This document shows, piece after piece, positions 19,860 through 27,823 of a stretch of 64,000 nt of DNA (position 1 is the first letter of the stretch; each line of letters begins with the position of its first letter). The notes beneath the pieces are model-generated. The model was given only the letters and a program-made list of their open reading frames with translations. It was not told the origin of the DNA and did no database searches. The position numbers and the translations under genes were made by a program. This DNA comes from Alphaproteobacteria bacterium (lineage in GTDB: Bacteria > Pseudomonadota > Alphaproteobacteria > SP197), in contig OZ219920.1 in NCBI GenBank assembly GCA_964291415.2, positions 1,472,001-1,536,000 of the forward strand, written 5' to 3'.

Positions 19860-21470
19860 TCAGGCCATGCCTTCCTTGAACGACCACTTCCGGAACATGC
19901 GGAAGCTGTCGAAGGGCGCTGCGCCAAGAACCTCACCGCCGGTGTCGATCCGGTCGCGGACGCCATGCACCAGATTCTGGAACAGAGGCACGATGGTCGA
20001 GCCGCGCTCGTGCAGGATCAGCTGCACGTCGGCGTAGAGAAGCTTGCGCTTCTCGGTATCAAGCTCGGTCCTTGCCGCCACCACCAGATCGGTGAACTCC
20101 CGGTCACACCAGTAGGAGTCGCCCCATGCCGCATCGCAGATGTAGGCGAGCGTGAGCATCAGGTCCGGGGTCGGCCGCGCGTTCCAGTAGCAGTAGACGA
20201 AGGGCTCCGTGGCCCAGACGTCCGCCCAGTAACCATCGACGGGCTGGCGCACGACCTCGAGGTTGAACCCGGCCTGCTTGGCGTTTTCGGCAAAGAGGAC
20301 ACCGGAATCGACCGCGCCGCTGAACGCCGCGGCGGATGCATGTATCTGGATCGTCTCACCGCCGTAACCGGCCTTCTCCAGATGATGTCTCGCCTTGTCC
20401 GGATCGAACTCGCGCTGCGGAATGGCGGGATTGAAGAACTGGTCGAAAGGCGCAACCGGGTGATCGTTCGCCAGCGATGCGTGGCCGTTGAAAATCACGT
20501 CGCGCATCTGTTCGCGATCAACCAGGTACTTCATCGCCAGCCGGAAATCGACGTTGTCGAAGGGCGCCGTGTCAGCGCGCATCGGCATCGTGATGGTCGA
20601 GCCGCCGGCGACGCTCAGAATATCTACACCCTGGTTCTGAGCCAGCAGGTCGGCAGTCTTCGGCTCGACCGGCCACACCGCCTGGACCGAATCGCTGGCC
20701 AGCGCCGAAGAAAGCGCGGCGTGATCCTTCACCGAGAGGTGCTCGAAGGAATCAAAGAAGCCCTGGTCTTCCAGGAAGTAGTTCGCAAACCGCTCTCCGA
20801 TGGCGCGCACACCCGGCTCGTACTCCTGCAGGACGTAGGCACCGGTTCCAACTCCCGACATGTCGACCTCGCCGTCAACCGACGGTCCCACCTGGAACAG
20901 GTACTGCGCCAGGTAGTAGGGGAAATCGGCTGCCGGCTCGCCGAGTTCGAAGATCACGTCGTCGCCGTCCGACCGGATGTCGGCCACGATCGCCATCATC
21001 GATGCACCGCCGGACTGTGAATCGGGACCGCGGTGAACGTTCATCGAGTCGATCACATCCTGGGCATCAAGCGTCTTGCCGTTGTGGAACTCCACGCCCT
21101 GGCGCAATCTGAAGGTCCAGGTCGCACCCGCGTCCGAAGCGTGCCACTCCGTCGCCAGCATGGGATCGAGACCGCCATCGGTTCGCGCATCGACCAGCTT
21201 GCTGCGAATGGTCTCCTGGATGCAGGTCTGGTGCCCGTTGCCGGGATGGCCAAACGTGAGCGAATCTGCCGACTGTCCGTCGCCCACCGCCGTGACGATG
21301 TGCCCGCCCCGAACCTGTGCGGCGCGCGCCGAATCACTCCACATCGCCGTGGCGGCCGCGACGGTCAGGCCCGACGCAACCGCGCGCTCCAGGAAGTCGC
21401 GTCGCGTCACGCCCTTCCGGCCGGCGAAGGCCCTCAATGTCCGCTCGAGATCATGGGTCTGTTCGTTCAT
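19860..21470 (-). CDS. ABC transporter solute-binding protein, family 5 (DppA/OppA-like), Tat signal
   Basis: TRRDFL twin-arginine signal; LATEW...WTFRLRQGVEFHNGKTLDAQDV; GVGTGAY. Confidence 0.92.
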   Translation of the reverse strand: MNEQTHDLERTLRAFAGRKGVTRRDFLERAVASGLTVAAATAMWSDSARAAQVRGGHIVTAVGDGQSADSLTFGHPGNGHQTCIQETIRSKLVDARTDGGLDPMLATEWHASDAGATWTFRLRQGVEFHNGKTLDAQDVIDSMNVHRGPDSQSGGASMMAIVADIRSDGDDVIFELGEPAADFPYYLAQYLFQVGPSVDGEVDMSGVGTGAYVLQEYEPGVRAIGERFANYFLEDQGFFDSFEHLSVKDHAALSSALASDSVQAVWPVEPKTADLLAQNQGVDILSVAGGSTITMPMRADTAPFDNVDFRLAMKYLVDREQMRDVIFNGHASLANDHPVAPFDQFFNPAIPQREFDPDKARHHLEKAGYGGETIQIHASAAAFSGAVDSGVLFAENAKQAGFNLEVVRQPVDGYWADVWATEPFVYCYWNARPTPDLMLTLAYICDAAWGDSYWCDREFTDLVVAARTELDTEKRKLLYADVQLILHERGSTIVPLFQNLVHGVRDRIDTGGEVLGAAPFDSFRMFRKWSFKEGMA

Positions 21471-21540
21471 CCTCTTGTCCTCTCCTAGTACACGTGACCG
21501 TCACGCACGCCCGGTCAACCGAATGTGCGTCAACGATCCC

Positions 21541-21570
21541 ATCATACCAGTCACCTCCGTGACTTTTGAA
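21541..21570 (-). promoter_or_regulatory. Putative promoter with a dyad operator in its spacer, upstream of the binding protein gene
   Basis: TTCAAA-18 nt-TATGAT with perfect AGTCAC-N4-GTGACT at 21549-21564. Confidence 0.5.
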
Positions 21571-21590
21571 CAGGTTTGTTTGCCATGAGT

Positions 21591-22742
21591 CTAACGCCAC
21601 GCAAGATCCTGGACATCCGCGACCGGCAAGACCGAGATCCGATCGTCGAGCGGATACGCCTCGTGACCGGGATACACCACCCAGAGATGCTCCAGCTCCA
21701 GGTCCTTCAGGGCAACGCGCATGGAGCGCGTGGTGCCGGGGGCATCGGCGAGCTTGCACTCGAAGCCGTAGCGCTTGCCGCCACGCATGACGAGCAGGTC
21801 GAGTTCGGCGCCGCCGTGCGTCGCCCAGAAGTACACTCCGCTCGTCTCGAACACGCTTGCGATCTGCTCCACCGCGAAGCCTTCAAAGGAAGCTCCGACC
21901 TTGGGATGGCCGGAGATCTCATCAGCGGTGTCCAGGGTGAGAAGACTGTGGAGCAGCCCCGTGTCGCGCACGTAGATCCTGGGCGAGCGGACCTGGCGCT
22001 TGCGGATGTTCGCGAACCAGGGAGGGAGCGCTCGCACCATGAACGCGCCGGTCAGGATGTCGAGGTACCGTCGCGCCGTACCTTCGCTCGATCCGAGGGC
22101 TCGGGCGAACTCTGCCGCGTTCCAGACCTGACCGTGATAGTGGGCCAGCATCGTCCAGAACCTGCGGAGGGTCTCCGCGGGAACGGTGATGCCGAGTTGG
22201 GGGATGTCACGCTCGAGGAATGTCTGAACGAAACTTCGTCGCCACACCGCGGATGCGCGGTCGTGCGATGCGAGATATGCACGCGGGAAGCCGCCGCGGA
22301 GCCAGAGGCTTCGCCACGAGCCGGGACCGACCTCCGAGAGATCAAATCCACCCAGACTGACAATCCCGACACGCCCGGCCAGGGATTCCGAAACATTCGC
22401 GATCAGTGCCGGCGATGCACTCCCGAGGACGAGAAACCGTGCCGGATTGTCGGGCCGGTCGGCAAGGACCCGAAGTGTTTCGAACAGCGCTGGCTCGCGC
22501 TGTATCTCATCGATGACCACGAGACCGGTGAGACGGGCCAGTGCCTGTTCCGGCGCCTGCAGACGTCGACGGTCCACCGCACTCTCAAGATCGAAGAACG
22601 TGCTCCCCTCCGCGTCCGCAGCCGCGATCATGCGTGCAAGCGTGGTCTTGCCGCATTGGCGTGGTCCGGTCAGGGCGACCGCAGGATGGACGGAGAACGC
22701 TTCATGGACGCGATCGCGGGCGGCGGGTCGATCAATGATCAT
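21591..22742 (-). CDS. AAA+ ATPase with DUF4143 and a C-terminal PD-(D/E)xK-like domain
   Basis: GPRQCGKT Walker A, VVIDEIQ Walker B, GGFP, SPRIYVRDTGL, ELDLL...GFECK. Confidence 0.9.
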   Translation of the reverse strand: MIIDRPAARDRVHEAFSVHPAVALTGPRQCGKTTLARMIAAADAEGSTFFDLESAVDRRRLQAPEQALARLTGLVVIDEIQREPALFETLRVLADRPDNPARFLVLGSASPALIANVSESLAGRVGIVSLGGFDLSEVGPGSWRSLWLRGGFPRAYLASHDRASAVWRRSFVQTFLERDIPQLGITVPAETLRRFWTMLAHYHGQVWNAAEFARALGSSEGTARRYLDILTGAFMVRALPPWFANIRKRQVRSPRIYVRDTGLLHSLLTLDTADEISGHPKVGASFEGFAVEQIASVFETSGVYFWATHGGAELDLLVMRGGKRYGFECKLADAPGTTRSMRVALKDLELEHLWVVYPGHEAYPLDDRISVLPVADVQDLAWR

Positions 22743-22747
22743 GCGCG

Positions 22748-22792
22748 AACATAATCCTTGAAAATCCTCAATTCAAGAGCGTATTTTCGAGG
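22748..22792 (-). promoter_or_regulatory. Promoter of the ATPase gene, likely leaderless, overlapped by inverted repeats
   Basis: TTGAAT-17 nt-TATGTT then 5 nt to ATG; CCTTGAAAAT...ATTTTCGAGG and CTTGAA...TTCAAG dyads. Confidence 0.55.
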
Positions 22793-23089
22793 AATATGGC
22801 TTGTCTCCTCGGATGGAATAGCTGTCGAGGCTCCCGGGCTGGCGCACTCAGGACGCTCGCTCGAATGCAGTGATGTCACGAAGTCTCGACATGCACGTCA
22901 ACGCGAGCCGGCCGCGGCCGACGTCGGCGCTGTGATGTCACGGAAGTACGCCAATGCGCTTCATGCGGCGCTGATCTGCGCGCCCATGCAGCGTGTGGCC
23001 GACCCGCCTGACCGGAGGTTACGGACCCGTGCATGTCTGCCCGTCGGCAGATCGTCACCGATTCACCCCCTGGACGGCGTGTCAGGCGG

Positions 23090-23824
23090 TCAGGCTGCGC
23101 GCTCCAGTGCAGCCTCGAACCAGCGGGTCCACGATGCGCCGGGGACGACGAAACTGTACCCGGTGACCAGGCGGGGACGCCGTTCGCGGGCGATGGCAAG
23201 CAGGCGGCGGCCGCGGTTGGCGATTTCTGCGGGGTCGCTGTACGGATTGAGTCGCATGGTGTCATTCGGCGGGAAGGCGTAGTCGCACGCGAAGAGCACG
23301 TCGCGCCACAGGTAGGCCGTGAATCCCGGTGTGTGGCCGCCGATGTGGAAGGCCTCGATGCCGTGGCTCGTGAAATCGCCGTAGAAGGCGTCGTCTACGG
23401 GGAAGGCGGCGGCGAGCGGACTTTTCGTCTCGGCCTCATGGATGTGAACGGCGGCGTTCCACTGCGCGCGGTACTGGTTCGAGGCGCCCATGAAGTCCTT
23501 GTGGGTGAAGAAGATGTGGCCCACGGGCGCAAGCGTGCGATTGAACGCGCTTGGGCAGTCGATCCACACCGGCCCTTCGTCCGTCTCGATGCGGTAGCAG
23601 GCGTGCTCGAGACCGAGGCGCGGACGGGATAGAAGCTGGCTGACGCCATCCGTGACGTCCCTTGTTTCCACGCGATAGCGCTCCTCGCCGACGTCCCAGG
23701 AGACGAAGCGGTCATGGCGGGCGCCACAGAAGGGACAGACTTCGGGCATCTCGCCGATCATGTTGTATCCGCAAGGCACACAAACCCACTGCTTCAGCGG
23801 AAATCCCTTCGCGAGTTCCGTCAT
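23090..23824 (-). CDS. Rubredoxin-like domain fused to a degenerate metallo-beta-lactamase fold
   Basis: WVCVPCGY...PEVCPFCGA, then WIDCP, FTHKDF, IHE, GGHTPG, LFACD; alternative start at 23851. Confidence 0.75.
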   Translation of the reverse strand: MTELAKGFPLKQWVCVPCGYNMIGEMPEVCPFCGARHDRFVSWDVGEERYRVETRDVTDGVSQLLSRPRLGLEHACYRIETDEGPVWIDCPSAFNRTLAPVGHIFFTHKDFMGASNQYRAQWNAAVHIHEAETKSPLAAAFPVDDAFYGDFTSHGIEAFHIGGHTPGFTAYLWRDVLFACDYAFPPNDTMRLNPYSDPAEIANRGRRLLAIARERRPRLVTGYSFVVPGASWTRWFEAALERAA

Positions 23825-23850
23825 GCCGCCTTCCTCCGGGTTCGCAGTCA

Positions 23851-24633
23851 TCAGTTCATGTAGGAGATATCGTCACGATCGAGCAGGCGCCTGAGCGCCG
23901 GCCATTCGTGGACGCCGGGCCGGAAATCCTCGGTGACGTCGCGCGGTTCGTGCTGCTGGTTCGCGTAGTGCTCGCAGACCGCCTGCGGAACAGGGGTCCA
24001 GGGCACGTTGCTCGCGAGCACCTTCATCTGGATCTCGCAGGCCCGTTGCAGCCAGTACATCAGGACGAAGGCCTCGCCAATGCTTGCACCCACCGTCAGC
24101 AGGCCATGGTTGCGCAGGATCATCGCCTGGGCGGAACCCAGGCTGCGGGCCAGCCGCGTGCGCTCGTCGGGATCCATGCTGGTGCCCTCGAAGGCGTGAT
24201 AGCCCAGGTTGTGGTAGAAGTAGAGCGCCTCCATGCAGAGTGGCTGGAGACCATCCTCGAGCGCTGCCACGGCAACACCGTCGTTGGTGTGCGTGTGCAC
24301 GACGGCGTTGACGTCCGGGCGCGCCTCGAAGAGGCCGCTGTGGATCACGAACCCGGCCTTCGGCACGAGGCCATCGCCATCGCGGACTTCGACGGTGTTG
24401 CCCTCGGTGTCGACCTTGACAAGGAGCGAGGCGGTCATCTCGTCCCAGCCGACACCCATGGGATTGATCAGAAAATGCCCTGGATCGTCGGGACAGCGCG
24501 CCGTGATGTGATTCCACACCAATTCCGACCAGCCGAACCGGTCGGCAAGTCGGAACGCCGCGGCAAGGTCGGTGCGCAGGTCCTGTTCGGCCGGCGACAG
24601 GCGCTCCTGCGGAACGGCAACGATCGACGACAC
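23851..24633 (-). CDS. Class II aldolase/adducin family protein
   Basis: NHITAR, FLINP, AGFVIHS, VVHTHT, ILRNHGLLT; GTG start after GGAGG. Confidence 0.9.
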   Translation of the reverse strand: MSSIVAVPQERLSPAEQDLRTDLAAAFRLADRFGWSELVWNHITARCPDDPGHFLINPMGVGWDEMTASLLVKVDTEGNTVEVRDGDGLVPKAGFVIHSGLFEARPDVNAVVHTHTNDGVAVAALEDGLQPLCMEALYFYHNLGYHAFEGTSMDPDERTRLARSLGSAQAMILRNHGLLTVGASIGEAFVLMYWLQRACEIQMKVLASNVPWTPVPQAVCEHYANQQHEPRDVTEDFRPGVHEWPALRRLLDRDDISYMN

Positions 24634-24953
24634 GGCAGTCCTCCCCTCGCATTCACGCTGCTTCCAACTATAGAGCAGCACCGGCCCGACATCACGCACA
24701 CCCGTCAAGTCGCGACTGCCGCCGCCTCCGGCAACGCGGCAAGAGTTGCCCAGCACTCCGAGGAAAACCACGGGCGACTGCTCACTCCCTGCTCCTGCTT
24801 GATTTCGGGGGACGACCTCGTCAGCGTGGTCGAGTGGATGCGGCAACATCTGGATCGTCTCGTCAGCATGATGCGGTCTCGCATGCGACGAGCCGATCAG
24901 GAATTCTTGTGACATTCCACTCCGATGGAGACGTCTTGAGCTGTTGACAGACC

Positions 24954-25652
24954 TCAAGCCATGAGTCGCCAGTTCTCTTCGCCGTAGATCAGCCAGGCAT
25001 CCGCCCGATTGCCATCCCATCGGTAGCACAGGTGTCTTCCCTGCACCGGGATGCCAACCACATCAGGCCAGAATGCCGCGATGGCCTCGCCACCGGGATA
25101 GCGCACGCTCGGATAGACGAGGCCATCGCTGGCATGGTCTTGGCGCAGTTCCCTCGCCAATCCCTGGGCCGCTGCATAGTCGTCGGCATCAAGTGCGAAC
25201 GCGTAGGCAACGGCATTCCTGAGATCGTGCAGTTCCGCGTCGATACTGCCGATCAACTCACGATAGTCCGCCGTGGCGGGTTCCTCGTCCGTTGCCGCCA
25301 TGAAGCGCTCAAAATGGAACATCGTCTCCGCCAGCGCGACCTCGAGGCGGTCGCCGGCGTAGTACACGCCGTAGCTTCCGTCGGCAAAGCGGCTCGTGCG
25401 ATCCGGTGAAACATGGCAGAAGGGCGCCATGACCCAACTGGCGCCGGCACCCGAGACCCGGCGCTCCGGCGGCACCAGGTGAATGGCGCCGATGGCGTCG
25501 CGCGCACGGGGGCTGGACTTTGCCTCGGCCCTGGCGATCAGTTCCCAGTCGGCCGGATCCGCGATGTCCTCGAACAGATTGACGGGTGGATAGATCGACC
25601 TGATCAGGCGAAACGTACGAGCCCAGCGAACACGGCTCAGGGGTGGGATCAC
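24954..25652 (-). CDS. RES-domain toxin (NAD+ phosphorylase family)
   Basis: FRLIRSIYPP, SRFADGSYGVYYA, AETMFH, GLVYPSVR; start overlaps the antitoxin stop (GTGA). Confidence 0.9.
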   Translation of the reverse strand: MIPPLSRVRWARTFRLIRSIYPPVNLFEDIADPADWELIARAEAKSSPRARDAIGAIHLVPPERRVSGAGASWVMAPFCHVSPDRTSRFADGSYGVYYAGDRLEVALAETMFHFERFMAATDEEPATADYRELIGSIDAELHDLRNAVAYAFALDADDYAAAQGLARELRQDHASDGLVYPSVRYPGGEAIAAFWPDVVGIPVQGRHLCYRWDGNRADAWLIYGEENWRLMA

Positions 25653-26056
25653 CAACCTCCCCGTTCCGCATCCAGATAGCTGCGCACCGCGACCAGATCC
25701 GGAATCGATCCGGCCAACAGCCGATCCAAAGCGGTATCGCCGCCGAATGCCCGGTTTGGCTTTCGCAACCAGCGATAGCCACGCTCGGGGTCAGCAAAGA
25801 GATAGCGCAAGTTCTTGTGGATGCCCATCAACGTCGACAGACGCTCCCGGGTGTCGCGCGAAATGCGCGACGGGTCGACTTGTCCGGCTTTCCAGCGCGC
25901 ATAGGTTCGTGCGGCCGGACTTCCGAGCAGGATGCGCCCTTGACGGTCGTTGAGCGCCCAGCGTGCCATCAGGTTGAAGAAGGCGCGTAGCATGGCGCCG
26001 GTTTCAGCGTCGCTGATCTCGCCAACGGCACCAGGGTCAAGACGGAACGAGGACAT
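25649..26056 (-). CDS. Xre/MbcA/ParS-type antitoxin (DUF2384)
   Basis: RTYARWK HTH region, WLRKPNRAFGG, VRSYLDAERGGW; exact start uncertain. Confidence 0.88.
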   Translation of the reverse strand: MSSFRLDPGAVGEISDAETGAMLRAFFNLMARWALNDRQGRILLGSPAARTYARWKAGQVDPSRISRDTRERLSTLMGIHKNLRYLFADPERGYRWLRKPNRAFGGDTALDRLLAGSIPDLVAVRSYLDAERGGW

Positions 26057-26062
26057 GAGTTG

Positions 26063-26106
26063 TTGCCATATGGCCAACTTTACGACGTTCTATTGCCGTT
26101 TGTCAA
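26063..26106 (-). promoter_or_regulatory. TA operon promoter and palindromic operator
   Basis: TTGACA-18 nt-TAAAGT followed by the near-palindrome TTGGCCATATGGCAA. Confidence 0.6.
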
Positions 26107-26361
26107 ATGTATGCTCGTTCGTCGCAGAATGGGTCAAGTCGAGAGCAGGCGCTCTTCGGCCTGCTTGATGAGCCCCGATCAACTCTTTGTGGCCAATCTG
26201 CTGCGCATCACTCGATGAACGGTGGTTCGGTAGCCGCGACCGACTCCTGACAGACACTTCCTTTGTGCACTGAGCATGGTTCAACGAGCACGGCCGAGGC
26301 CGGACCCTCCGGGCGGGAGTGTTTCACAAGGAGCGTGTTCCCGTGCTACGTAGCGGCCGGC

Positions 26362-26434
26362 GCCGGGTTAGCTCAGTCGGTAGAGCAACCGCCTTGTAAG
26401 CGGTAGGTCGCGAGTTCGAGTCCCGCACCCGGCA
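26362..26434 (+). tRNA. tRNA-Thr (TGT), full CCA not encoded
   Basis: GCCGGGTTAGCTCAGTCGGTAGAGCAACCGCCTTGTAAGCGG...GTTCGAGTC...CCCGGCA. Confidence 0.95.
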
Positions 26435-26453
26435 CCGACGTCCCCCTGAACCG

Positions 26454-27809
26454 TCACGCAGCCTTCTGGCGCATGGTGACGAATTCCTCGGCGCTGGTGG
26501 GATGGATGCCGACCGTGGCGTCGAAATCGGCCTTGGTGGCGCCCGCCTTCAGGGCGACCGAAAAGCCCTGCAGGATCTCGGCGGCGTCCGGTCCCACCAT
26601 GTGGACGCCGACGACGCGGTCCGTGGCCGACGCCACGACGAGCTTCATCAGGATCATCTCGTCGTTGAGCGAAATCGTGTGGCGCAGGGGCCTGAAACGC
26701 GCCATGTAGATGTCGACGTCATCGGCATGACGCTGGCGCGCCTCGGATTCCGTCAGACCCACCGTGGCCAGTTCCGGCTGGCTGAAGACGGCCGACGGAA
26801 CGTTCGCGTAATCGACGCTCTTCGGCCCGTCGCCAAAGAGCGTGGCGGCCACCGCCATGCCCTCGGTGGTCGCCACCGGGGTGAGTTCAAGGCGGCCCAG
26901 CACGTCGCCGATGGCGAAGACCGACGGCACGTTCGTACGGAAGTGCTCGTCGACCGGAATGGTGCCGTCGTCGTTGACGGTTACCCCGGCATCCTCGAGA
27001 CCGAGACCGGAGGTCAGTGGCCGGCGGCCGGTGGCATACATCACGAGACCGGCTTCCAGGGAGGAGCCGTCGGCCAGGTGGACGGAATATCCGCCGTCCG
27101 CCGGGGCAATGGCCGCCACGTCGGTGGAGAACCTGAGGTCGATCCCCTTGGTCCGCATTTCTCCGGCGAGATGGCGCCGGATATCGTCATCGAATCCACG
27201 CAGGAAGAGCTCTCCCCGGTAGAGTTGGGCGACCTCGACACCGATGCCGTGAAAGATCCCGGCGAATTCCGCCGCAATGTAGCCGCCGCCGACGATGACG
27301 ATGCTCTTCGGCAGGTCATCGAGAAAGAAGCACTCGTTCGACGTGATGGCGTGCTCCCTGCCTGGGATATCCGGCACATATGGCCAGCCCCCGGTGGCGA
27401 CGAGAATGTTCGCGGTGCTGAGACGCTGACCGTCGATCTCCACCTCGTGGGGACCGGCAAGGCGGGCGTGGCCCTCGAGGACGTGGCAGCCCGCGTCCTT
27501 CAACATGTTGACGTAGATGCCGTTCAACCGGGTGATCTCGGCCGTCTTGTTGTCACGCAGCGTCGGCCAGTCGAAGCGGGGCGCCATGGACGACCAGCCG
27601 TAGCGCCCGGCATCCCGGAACTCCTCGCTGTAATGAGAGGCATAACCGAAGAGTTTCTTGGGAATGCACCCTACGTTGACACAGGTTCCGCCCCAGTCAC
27701 GTTCCTCGGCGATCGCCACGCGGGCGCCGGCCGCCGCGGAAAACCGCGCCGTGCGCACTCCTCCGGAGCCGCCGCCTATGACGACGAGATCGTAGTCGAA
27801 GGAACCCAT
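26454..27809 (-). CDS. gor: Glutathione-disulfide reductase
   Basis: GGGSGG, GGTCVNVGCIPKK, GGGYIA, GIHPTSAEEFVTM. Confidence 0.96.
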   Translation of the reverse strand: MGSFDYDLVVIGGGSGGVRTARFSAAAGARVAIAEERDWGGTCVNVGCIPKKLFGYASHYSEEFRDAGRYGWSSMAPRFDWPTLRDNKTAEITRLNGIYVNMLKDAGCHVLEGHARLAGPHEVEIDGQRLSTANILVATGGWPYVPDIPGREHAITSNECFFLDDLPKSIVIVGGGYIAAEFAGIFHGIGVEVAQLYRGELFLRGFDDDIRRHLAGEMRTKGIDLRFSTDVAAIAPADGGYSVHLADGSSLEAGLVMYATGRRPLTSGLGLEDAGVTVNDDGTIPVDEHFRTNVPSVFAIGDVLGRLELTPVATTEGMAVAATLFGDGPKSVDYANVPSAVFSQPELATVGLTESEARQRHADDVDIYMARFRPLRHTISLNDEMILMKLVVASATDRVVGVHMVGPDAAEILQGFSVALKAGATKADFDATVGIHPTSAEEFVTMRQKAA

Positions 27810-27823
27810 CCGGGGACTCCGTG

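Noticed and set aside
26340-26450. Prophage or ICE integrated at tRNA-Thr
   Set aside because: The gor stop lies about 20 nt past the tRNA 3' end; no integrase or att duplication found
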